This document shows, in pieces, positions 13,601-23,300 of a stretch of 64,000 bases of DNA (position 1 is its first letter; the number at the start of each line of letters is the position of its first letter). The stretch is from Lama guanicoe (lineage: Eukaryota): positions 3,339,817-3,403,816 of the forward strand of contig MU053933.1 of NCBI GenBank assembly GCA_013239625.1. Direction: 5' to 3'. The position numbers were made by a program, and so were the translations under genes. The notes under the pieces are model-generated. The model did no database searches. It was given only the letters and a program-made list of their open reading frames with translations, and was not told the origin of the DNA.

Positions 13601-14260
13601 CCCAGACACGGGCATGGAGCTGGTGCCAAGCATCTGGCAACTCCCCAGAGCAGGAGCCCCAGGGAGGAGGAACGAGCACACGTGGAGGCAGGAGCCTGGG
13701 CAGAGGGGCTGCCTGGGCCCTGAGAAGGTGATCTATAGGACAGGGTCACAGAGGGTCAGGGCCCCGGCCCCCAGGTGGCCTGCACGGGAGGAGGTGCATG
13801 AAAGGTCCGGAACCTTCTGAGGCAGCAGGAAGGCCTACCCAGCTCTCTGTGCCTCAGTTTCCTGTAGGTCACATCAAGGTAACAGCAGTGCCCGCCGTGT
13901 AAGGTGTGGGGAGGGGAGGCCACGCCCCACGGAGACCGTCACCCGCCTGGTGGGTCGGCTGGAGGGCTCTCCTTTTCACACGAGAGGCCGAGTGATCTGC
14001 CCAGACCCCACGCCCAGATCCAGGCCAGGACCCCTGCCTGGCTGCTCACCCCTCACCACATCCTTACAGCCCGCTGGTCACGTCCAAGCCCCCATCCTCA
14101 TAGGGCATGTCCCTTTTGGAGAAAATTATCCCCAAGCCCCACACCAAGCACAACCCTCTCCTGTCTGAGCCCCTGTGCTGCCCCCAGCCACGCCCAGGCC
14201 CCTCACCTCCTGGTTGTTCCCCTCCGAGAAGTTGGGGACACATTCCACCAGCTGGGACAT
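574..14260 (-). CDS. FTCD: Formimidoyltransferase-cyclodeaminase, exons 1-13 (3'-partial; last exon off the left edge)
   Basis: Spliced translation [32 protein letters not shown]...[14 protein letters not shown]...[32 protein letters not shown] matches mammalian FTCD. Exons: 14207-14260, 13334-13517, 12540-12668, 11598-11686, 11328-11507, 10256-10393, 10041-10172, 6149-6210, 5655-5784, 5406-5567, 2204-2247, 1850-1988, 574-669. All introns are GT-AG and the frame is preserved. Confidence 0.97.
1850..1988 (-). CDS. FTCD: FTCD exon 12
   Basis: [46 protein letters not shown]; 139 nt. Confidence 0.95.
2204..2247 (-). CDS. FTCD: FTCD exon 11
   Basis: [14 protein letters not shown](R); 44 nt; CAG acceptor, GTGAG donor. 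Confidence 0.92.
5406..5567 (-). CDS. FTCD: FTCD exon 10
   Basis: [54 protein letters not shown]; 162 nt. Confidence 0.95.
5655..5784 (-). CDS. FTCD: FTCD exon 9
   Basis: [43 protein letters not shown]; 130 nt. Confidence 0.95.
6149..6210 (-). CDS. FTCD: FTCD exon 8
   Basis: [21 protein letters not shown]; 62 nt. Confidence 0.95.
7492..7640 (+). mobile_element. tRNA-derived SINE, camelid Vic-1-like
   Basis: A box (agcgcagtggtagagc), B box (gggttcagtccc), (TAAA)n tract, C-rich stretch and A tail; A-rich TSD-like flanks. Confidence 0.85.
8000..8440 (+). mobile_element. Ancient L1 3' UTR fragment
   Basis: tgtaagagaacgtccttgatcttaagaaatacaccctgaa...aaatggggcaaaatg...ttcctggtactgctgca-like text resembles recalled old L1M 3' ends. 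Confidence 0.6.
8895..9321 (+). mobile_element. Internally deleted Tigger1-derived DNA transposon
   Basis: Both termini present (caggc... and ...gtgtgcctg); 3' part matches the recalled Tigger1 end (atgcactgggaaaccaaaaaatt...ttattgcgatatt...tctggaacc). Confidence 0.85.
10041..10172 (-). CDS. FTCD: FTCD exon 7
   Basis: [44 protein letters not shown]; 132 nt. Confidence 0.95.
10256..10393 (-). CDS. FTCD: FTCD exon 6
   Basis: [46 protein letters not shown]; 138 nt. Confidence 0.95.
11328..11507 (-). CDS. FTCD: FTCD exon 5
   Basis: [60 protein letters not shown]; 180 nt. Confidence 0.95.
11598..11686 (-). CDS. FTCD: FTCD exon 4
   Basis: [29 protein letters not shown]; 89 nt. Confidence 0.95.
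12540..12668 (-). CDS. FTCD: FTCD exon 3
   Basis: [42 protein letters not shown]; 129 nt. Confidence 0.95.
13334..13517 (-). CDS. FTCD: FTCD exon 2
   Basis: [35 protein letters not shown]...IDMSRHR; AG/GT boundaries; 184 nt. Confidence 0.95.
13845..13905. mobile_element. MIR core fragment
   Basis: ctctctgtgcctcagtttcct core motif. Confidence 0.5.
14207..14260 (-). CDS. FTCD: FTCD exon 1 (coding part)
   Basis: [18 protein letters not shown], then GTGAG donor. Confidence 0.95.
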
Positions 14261-14334
14261 GGTCCAGGCCTTGATCCGTTGCTCCTGTCACAGGGCAGAG
14301 GCAGGAAGGAGGGACGATGAGCTCCGGCGCTGGC

Positions 14335-14670
14335 AGGACATTTATGCACCGGGCAGGGCCCTCCCCTGGGCAGGCTTCTCATTAACCACCAGTCACGCGA
14401 GGTGGGCTGTGGCACCTGTGCAAACTCAGAGCAGACCAGGGGTGGCCGGGCGTGGCGGGGGTGAGGGGCAGAACTGGGACCCCTGTGGGGCTGCCAACGG
14501 AGGAGGAGGATGGATGCTTCCGCCCAGGTGGGGGTGGGCTCCCCTGAAAGCAGGACGTGTGACCTGGACCCTAGGGGGAGGTCCTCATGAGCCATGGCCT
14601 CAGGTCAGCCCGGGCTCCAATCCCAGCTAGTGACCCCCTGTGTGGCCCTCCAAGTGACCTCTGGCCTGTT
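14335..14670 (-). promoter_or_regulatory. Putative FTCD proximal promoter
   Basis: TATA-like CATAAAT (minus, 14340-14346) about 80 nt upstream of the ATG; HNF1-type half site GGTTAATGAGAAG (minus, 14375-14387); DR1 AGGCCA-G-AGGTCA (minus, 14655-14667). Motif matches only. Confidence 0.55.
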
Positions 14671-15568
14671 TCTTCAGGTGACAGCTGGAGCTTCAGGGCT
14701 GCAGGGGATCGTGTGAGAGGCCCCAGCCCTGGGCCTACCTCTCAGCAGAAGTCAGCTCAACTGGTCAGGAGGGAGAACACGCAGGTGAGCGTGAGGGCGA
14801 GTGTGAAGGCGCTGCCCGTGGGGCAGGCACACAGGGCCCAGCTCTCCGGGCTGCTGCTCCCTGCAGCCGAGGGACCCCCACAGGGGGCGACACACCCCCG
14901 GATAGCAGCCCAGGGCCCTCAGCTCAGGGGGCCGCTCAGGCCGATGCTGCTTGAAACCCTCAGTGATTTTCGAACGTGGATATTTCTGTCCCGCAAAGGC
15001 CCACCGATCACGCAGCCACGCTGGCAGCACGTGGACCCCCGCAACCCCCCGCCCCATCTGCCGTCCTCCCGGAAGCAGGCGTCCCACACAGCCCTGGAGC
15101 GACCAGCATCTGAAGGTACTTCCCTCCTCAGCGGTCACCATGGGGCCAGCCGAGGAGATGCCCAGATCTCTCAGACCCTCAGCCTTCCGGGCTTCAGGAA
15201 GCACCCCCTCCAGCAGCTGCTGACGGGGACTGGCAGAGGGAGGAGTGGCTCGGTGAGCCCAGACACCCCCGGAGGCCAGGGACAGGCCGGCCCTCTCCCG
15301 CCGCGGCTCTCCCTGGTGAACGCGGGCGAGTGTGGGTGACGGCCGTACTGCCTCCTACTGCGGGTCCCAGCAGCACCAGGCACCCCGCAAAGGCTCAACC
15401 AGTGCAGCTCTCCAAACCCCGGCTCCGACACGACGCCAGTCCCTCCCGCACACCCACAGCCCCGGGGTGGGTGGAAGTGCCTACCAGATGGCCTTGCCCC
15501 CAGCAGAGGCCCCAGGTGGTGGGCAGCCTCAGCCAGGGGAAGCCTGACAGCTGGGAGGGGGTGAGGTC

Positions 15569-15933
15569 TGTTTGGGCTGAATTGTGATCCCCCCAGTTTG
15601 TGTGTCAAAGCCCTGATCCCCAGTGTGACCGTATGTGGACACAGGGTCTTCACAGAGGTAGTTGGGTTAAAACATGGTCCCTAGGGTGGTCCCTAAGCCA
15701 GTAGGACTGGCGTCCTTGTGAGAAGGAGATCAGGACACGGACACACACAGAGGGATGGCCGCACGGGGACACAAGGAGGAGACGGCCGTCTACACGCCAA
15801 GGAGGGCGGCCTCAGGAGGAACCGGCCCTGTGGCACCCTGCTCTTGGATTCCAGCCTGCAGACTGTGAGAAAATGCGTTTCTGTTAAGCTGCCCCGTCTG
15901 TGGTATTTGTCACAGCACCCAAGCTGACAGACA
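15569..15933 (+). mobile_element. MLT1 (MaLR) solo LTR
   Basis: TG...CA termini; tgggctgaattgtg, gtccttgtgagaagg, ccagcctgcagactgtgagaaaat, ctgtggtatttgtcacagc. Confidence 0.85.
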
Positions 15934-16978
15934 GGGGCCTGAGCGGCTGGGGCTTCTGGGACCAACACCCCAGGCTGTGAGCACCAAGGGACAGGTCACC
16001 CCAGCACCCGCAGACGCACAGCAGAGGAGGAGCCAGAGCCCCTCCGCTCGAAGCCCAACCCTGAAGGCGTCCTGACTGTGGGGCCCGGGGGGGCACCGGC
16101 CCTCTCCAGGCCTCGGGAGAGACAGGCCAGGGCTCTGTGCTTCCTTCAGAGACGGCTCCGGCCCAGGGCTTGCCCACGACTGGGCACACAGACTCAGGGA
16201 CGGGACCCAGCGTGATGCTGGGGCCAGCTGTTGGGGGTGATTCTGAGGCGCCGACACTCTGGCAGGTGTTACAAATATCTCCTGAGGCGGCGGCCCTGGA
16301 GCGCCCCGCCGTTCACAGGGAAAAGCCGTCTCACCAGTAGATGCTGGCTTCTGCTACCATCCTCCAGCCACAGGGCCCAGGGCCCCAGGCCCCGCGGCCC
16401 AGAGCCAGGCGGGAGCAGGCTCCAAGGGCCCTTCGTACGCGTCGTGCGGCCCCCCACCGGGGTCCTGCCTCCTGAGTCGCCTCCCAGGTAAGCCGCCTCC
16501 CGGGCCAGCCTCACCAGCAGTACCCACACAGTGGGGGCCCCGCTTGGTTTCAGGCTCTGTTGCCCCGGCCTTGAAATTCCTAACTTTCGAACAGGGGGCC
16601 GTGCTTCCGTTTTGCCCACAGCCCTGCTCTGAATCCTGGCCTCCGGCTCTGCCTCCGGGGAAACCCAAACCCGACAGGACCTGCTGGCCCCTTGGGAAGA
16701 GGGACGAGACCCCAGGAGAAGGTGCAGGCCCTGCAGTTGGGGGCCTCGTTCCAACCGCCCGGGGCGCCTCCGCCCTCAAAGAGCAGCGGTAGAGGAGCAG
16801 AAGCAAACAGACGACTTTAATGGAGTGTGACTCGCCGCGCAGGTGTGGGCGGCGGCCCGGGGGCCTGGGCGGCCCAGCCGGTGGGCGACGGCGCGGGGCC
16901 ACCCTCCGGGCCCCGGCGCCCCCGGCGCGCCCTCCCGCGGAGCGGACGAGGAGCGCGGCGCCCGGGTTGGAACACGCG

Positions 16979-16984
16979 TTTATT
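16979..16984 (-). terminator. SPATC1L polyadenylation signal AATAAA
   Basis: TTTATT on the plus strand, 21 nt after the stop codon; a second signal, ATTAAA, lies at 16816-16821. Confidence 0.75.
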
Positions 16985-17005
16985 CAGGGAGGCCGGGGCG
17001 CGGGT

Positions 17006-17332
17006 TCACCAGGCGAAGAGCGGGCGGCTGTCCTCCTTGGAGAGCTCGCAGAGGCAGTTGAGCAGCAGCAGCGAGTCGCCCAGGAACTTGGGCGGCACCA
17101 CGTCGATGACCAGCTTGCGCAGGGCGGCCGGGCTGCTGTGCAGCGGGTCGGCGCGCAGGTCGGGCCGCTGCTTCAGGATGCCGTAGGTGTTGATGAGGAA
17201 CTCGCTGAAGGCCGGGTGCACGTCGCGGCTGTAGCCCAGCCTCTCCAGGCGCGCCGTCAGCGTCAGGTAGCGGTGCGTCAGCTCCCGCAGCTTCTTCTCG
17301 TCCACCGAGCCGTCCAGGGACTTGATGGACGT
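17006..17332 (-). CDS. SPATC1L: SPATC1L last coding exon
   Basis: [19 protein letters not shown]...PLFAW; TGA at 17008-17006. Confidence 0.95.
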   Translation of the reverse strand, partial: TSIKSLDGSVDEKKLRELTHRYLTLTARLERLGYSRDVHPAFSEFLINTYGILKQRPDLRADPLHSSPAALRKLVIDVVPPKFLGDSLLLLNCLCELSKEDSRPLFAW

Positions 17333-20300
17333 CTGGGGGCACACAGACGATGGTGGGCGGCGCCCCGCGACCCCACCAGGGAGGGGCCAGGGCGGGGACA
17401 GGGACCCAGGTTCCGTGAGCAAAGCCTGTAGATGGGAAACTGAAGCCCGGAGCCAAGCCGCCATCCCAGTGGAGACGGCCTTGCCCTCCAGGAGACCCCA
17501 CCTCCGACATGGCAGGGGTCTCCACCCGCGCTGGGAGAAGGCAGCTTGCCAGGCAGAGCTGAGCCTCAAGGGCTCCGTGGCCCCAGAGCCATTCCTGAGA
17601 CTGTCCCAGGCCACCAAAGGACAGGGCAGAAGCAGAGGTCCTCACAGCCCGCTCATTGCCTCCCCTGGCATGTGTGCCTCAGACACCACTCAGCCTCAAC
17701 CAGGCCTGCAGGCGTATGGGCATCACAGGTCACAGGGCAGGAAGGGTATCCCCGGGCAGGGAGAGGACCCTGGGCAGGGAGGGGACCCTCTGGGGGCAGT
17801 GAGGGGACTCCAGGGCAGGGAGGGGGACACCCTGGGGCAGGGAGGGACCCCAGGCAGGATCGGGGGCTCCTGGGACAAGGAGGGAGCCCAGCCAGGCTAC
17901 CTGCTTGATCTTCTCAGGGATGTTGGACACGGTGAAGCCATAGAGCCGGGTCACCCCTGGGAAGACATAGGCCAGGATGCGCCGGTCCAGCTGGAAGGCA
18001 ATCTCCCCGACTATTCTCCCGTCCTTTTCAGTGCTGGTGAAGCTCTGGATCTCTGCAGGGGCGGGGGGTGTGGTGAGACTCCCCAAGCAGCCCAGATCCC
18101 AGGTCCTTTCTTCATCCCTCTAAAATGGACGTGAACACGTTAAAAGCCTGTTTCACAGCCCAGGATTGTTTTCTTTTTCCCCTTGTCACCAGCGAGTCTA
18201 CCAGCACCTGGTCTGAGGTGACCACCCTGAGGCCCTGGCCCTATGACCAGGTGAACTTGGGATAGGCTAGGCGTGTCCCCAACCTGGGGGTGGGGTCCTG
18301 GGTCACTCAAGAACACATATGTAACACGTATGGGTCCGGTCTGTGTGGCTATGTGGAACGGTGAGGCTGTTTTGGCAACCCCTGTGCATCACACGCTGGT
18401 CTAATGTTTATTTGATAATCTGACTCTTTCTTTCCTACGTTGTGCAGAGAATTGCTGGATTGGCAGGAGATTCTAATTATATTTCCCCAACGTTACCCAG
18501 CACATCATCTACCCTCCCCTCCAAAACCTCAGACACCTGTGTCTGGCGTTGTGGTTGGGTCAGAGGTAACTGGGCAGGGAGGGTCCTGGCGGCAGGGGCT
18601 CAAGCCCCTCACAGGGGCCCCGGAGGCCACCAGCTCCAGGCCGGCTACAGTTGGGCTGTGGCTGTCCTTGTCCCAAGGCCACCTCCTGTCCTTCTGTGAC
18701 CTGAATCATCCTCAAGGTGACCTTCGAGGGGCCTCGGACCCCACTTACAGACAAAGGATCTGAGGCTGTAACACCACTTCCCAAGCACTTTTAAATATTT
18801 TATGAGATACAAAATTCACTCTTTTCAGGTATGCAGTGTGTATATTCAACAAGTTGTACAACCGTCACCACAATCTAACTCGAAAACAGCTTTATCACCC
18901 AGCAAAACCCCCGTAGCCATCAGCAGCCACTCACAAGTCTCTCCCCTGCAGCCTCAAATCTGCTTTCTATCCCTGTGAATTTATCCATTCCGGACATTTC
19001 ATAGAAGTGGACTCGCACAATATGTGGTCTTTTGTGACCACTTCATTCACTCAGCATCATGCTTTCATGGCCCATCCACATTGTCACGTGTGTCAGAACT
19101 TCATCCCTATTTATGGCTGAATAACATTCCAGTGTGTGAGTACAACACATTTTGTTTATCCAGTCCTCCGTGAACAGGCATTCGGGCCATTTCCACTTTT
19201 TGGTTATTATGAATAGTGCTGCTGTGAACGTTCATATAGAAACATTCATATTGTGTGGATAAATGCTTTCAGTTCTTTAGGCAACATACCTAGGAATGGA
19301 ATTGCTCAGACACAAGATAACTCTATGTGCAGCGTTTTCAGAAACTGCTCAACTGTTTTCCACAGCAGCAATGTATGTGGGTTCCAGCTCCTTCACATCC
19401 TCCCTAACACTTGCCGTTGTCTGTCGTTCGTATTGCAAGCGCCCTAGTGGGTGTGCGTGTGTCTCACTGTGGTTTCCTTTTGCAGTCACTGATGGCTGAC
19501 GGTACTGAACATCTTCTCACGTGCTTATGGGGCTTGCTATGTCTTCTTTGGGGCAATGTCTCTTTAAGTTCTTTGCCCATTTTTAATTGCATTGTTTGTC
19601 TTTTTACTGTTGAGTTGTAAGAGTTCTCATATATTCTGGATACTATTTCCTTATCAGACACATGATATACACATATTTTCTCCTCTGCTGTGGGTTGACT
19701 TTTCACTTTCTTGAAATGTCCCTTTGAAGCACCAAAGTGCCTGATGTGTCTGTTTTTCCTTTTGTTGCTAGTGCCTTTGGTGCCACAGCCTAGAATCTAT
19801 TCCCAAATCCAAAGTCATAAGATTTATGTCTATGTTTTCTTCTAAGAGTTTTATGGTTTTAGCTCTTCTAGGTCTTTTAAGTCTTTGATCCATTTTAATT
19901 TTCATATGTGGTGTGAAGTCCAATTTCATTTTTTTGCATGTGGATATCCACTTCCCCAACATAATGTGTTGAAAAGATTGTTCTCTCTCCACTAAATTGT
20001 CTTGGTGCCTTGTCAAGCACCAATCCTATAAATGCATGTTTTTAAATGTAGGTACTGGGGATTGAACCTATTTGTACCACACTGTCTCTGTTACTGTAGC
20101 TTCATAGCAAAGTTTGAAACTGGGAAGTGTGAATCCTCCAATTTTGTTCTCCTTTTTCAAGATTTTTGCCTATTCTGAGTTCCGTGTATTTCCACACAGA
20201 TTTTACAATCAGCATGTCAATTTCTGCAAAGAAGCTAGGTGGGATTTTGAATGGGATTTCATTGAAATTCATAGATCAATTTGGGGAGTTTTGTCATCTT

Positions 20301-23300
20301 GATAATATTAAGTCATTTAATCCATGAACAGGTTTTTTTCCATTTATTTAGGTTTTCTTTCATTAATTTCAACAATGTTTTGCAGTTTTTAGTGTACTCC
20401 TTCCTTAATCACTTTGCAAGGCTACAGAAATCACCCAGGAATTAAAGCTGAGAACCAGATGCATCACACAGAACCACGTTAGAGAAGGGGGCATGGAGGG
20501 GCAGGGCACAAACTCCTCCTTCGATGTTAGTATGTTTCTCTCATCAGGACTCAGTCTCTCTCCCTGCCCCCCACTCCAAAGCACAAATTAGGTGAAAGAA
20601 ACAAGCTACACCTGAAATGATCTAGAAATCATTTGTCAGTCAATCTGGACCTTCCAAGATCCAGCCAAAAATCTATTCCTCAAAGAAAGGAGTCAATAAG
20701 ATTGATAAACTTTAGCCAGACTTACTACAGAAGAAGAGAAAAGGCAAAAATTACCACTGTCAGAAGTTAGAGATGGCATCACCACAGAGTTTACAGACAT
20801 TAAAAGGATAATAATGGAATATTAGGAACAATTTTATGCCAATAAATTTAACAATTTAAATGAAACAGACCAATTCTTTAAAAGATACGAAAGTTTGCTT
20901 CTGTCAGTGAACTACCAAAGCTCACTCAGGAAGAAATAGATCATCTGAATAGCTTTATACCAACCAAGGAAATTGAAGCTGTTGGGGCAGAGGGGTATGT
21001 CCCTACAAAGAAAGCTCAAGGTTCAGGTGGTTTCATTGGTGAATTTTACCAAACACCCAAGGAATACATAGTGCCAATTCTACACAGACTCTTCTAGATA
21101 ATTAAAGAGGAAGGGACACTTTCTGCCTCATTCGTTAAGGCTAATGCTAACCTGATACCAAAACACACACAAAAAAATGACATTATGAGAAAAGTATAGA
21201 CCAGTGTTCCTCACAGACAGCAAAAATTCTTAACAAAAAGTTAGCAAATTGAATCCAACAATACAAAAAATATAATATATCATGACTAATATATCATGAG
21301 ATTTATCTCAGGAATGTAAGGTTGGTTTATAATTCAAAAATCAATCAGTGTAATTTACCATGTTAACAGACTACAAATGAAAACCAAATGCTCATCTCAG
21401 TAGATGCAGAAAAAGCATTCAACAAAATCCAACATCCATTCATGGCAACTCAAAGCAAACAAGGAATTAAAAGGAACTTCCTCAAACAGATGAAGAGCAT
21501 CCACAAAACTCAGCTAACACCATGCGTGCTGGTGGCAGACTGACACTCCCTGTAAGTCAGGGAAAGACAGCAGTGCCCACTGTCACCATTTCTATTCAAC
21601 ACTGTTCTAGCCAATAAAACAACAAAAGAAAGAAAGAAAGAAAGAAAGAGAGAAAGAGAGAAAGAAAGAAAGAAAGGAAGGAAGAAAGAAAGAAAGAAAA
21701 GGCGTACAGATTAGAAATGAAAAAATGAGTTTGCCTTTATTCACAAATGACATGATCATCTATCCTAAGGAATCTACACAAAAAGCTACTAGAACAAATA
21801 TGTGGGTTCAGTTAAGTTTCAGGATAAAAGGTTGTATTTGTCAGGGTTCTTCAGAGAAACAGAAACAGAACCATGTGTGTGTTTATTATAAGGAATTGGC
21901 TCACGTGATTATGAAAATGAACAATTCCCAAGATCTGTGAGGGGGAATCAGCAAGCTGGAGAGTCGGAAGTTGTTATAGCCCCAGTCTGAGTTAAAAGCC
22001 TGAGAACCAAAAGAACTAATAGTGTGATTATAGTCCAAAGGACCGGAGACTTGAGACCCAAGAAGAGCTGTTATTTCAGTTGCAATCCAAAGACAGTCAG
22101 GCAGGAGGAACTCTGTCTTACTTGGAAGAGAGTCAGCCCTTTTGTTCTGCTCAAGCCTTCAACTGATTGGATGAGGCCCACCCACATTAAGGAGGCAAAT
22201 CTGCTTTACTCAGTCTATTGATTTAAATATTAAATTGATCCAAAAACATTCTCACAAAAATACCCAGAATAATGTTTGACCAAATATCTGGGCACCTAAT
22301 GGCTCAGTCATGTTGGCAAATAAAATTAACCATCATAGAGTCAACATACAAAATCAATTGTGTTACTGTATGCCAGAAACAAATAATCAGAAATTCATAC
22401 TAACAAAAAAATACTAATAATTATAGCACCAAAACCATGAAATATGAAGGGGTAAATTCAACAAAACTGTGTAATGTCTGTTCATAGAAAACCATAAAAT
22501 ACTGCTGAAAGACATTTTTAAAGAACTAAATAAATGGAGAAATACAGAGGGAAACCTTGGAGATACTGCAGGTTCCATTCCAGACCACCACAATGTAGCA
22601 AATAGCACGAAAAAGCAAGTCACATGAACTTTTTGGTTTCTCAGTGCATATGAAGTTTCACTATACTGTAGTCTATCATGTGCAATAGCATTGTATCTAA
22701 AAATATATATACATAACTTAATTTTAAAATGCTTTATTGCTAAAAAATGCTAATCATCTTCTGAGCCTTCAGTGAGTAATAATCTTCTTGCTGGTGGAGG
22801 GTCTTGCCTCAGTGTTGATGGCGGCTGACTGATCAGGGTGGTGGTTCCTGGAGTCTGGAGTGGCTGCGACAATTTCTTTAAAAGGGTAACAGTGAAGCTG
22901 CCACATCGATTGACTCTTCCTTCCATGAACAACTTCTCTGTAGCATGCAATGCTGCTTCGTATCAATTAACCGCTGGTAGAATTCTTTCAGAATTAAAGT
23001 TAGTCCTCTCAAACCCTGACGCTGCTTTATCAACCAAGTGTGTGTAGTAGTCTAGATCCTTTGTTGTCACTTCAGCAGTCTTCACAGCATCTTCCCCAGG
23101 AGTAGATTCCATCTCAAGAAGACAATTTTTTTGCTGATCGTAAGAAGCAGCTCCTCCTGTGCTGAGGCTTTGTCCTGAGACTGGAGCCGTGAGGGCCCAT
23201 CTTCAGGCTCCACTTCCAGTTCCCCCGCTGCTCCCACCACGTCTGCAGCTCCTTTCTCCACTGAGGTCTTAAGCCCTCCAGTCACCCACGAGGCTTGGAA

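Larger units (their letters stand above)
16380..17380. promoter_or_regulatory. CpG island over the SPATC1L 3' end
   Basis: Very dense CG dinucleotides by eye, especially 16830-17330. Confidence 0.75.
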
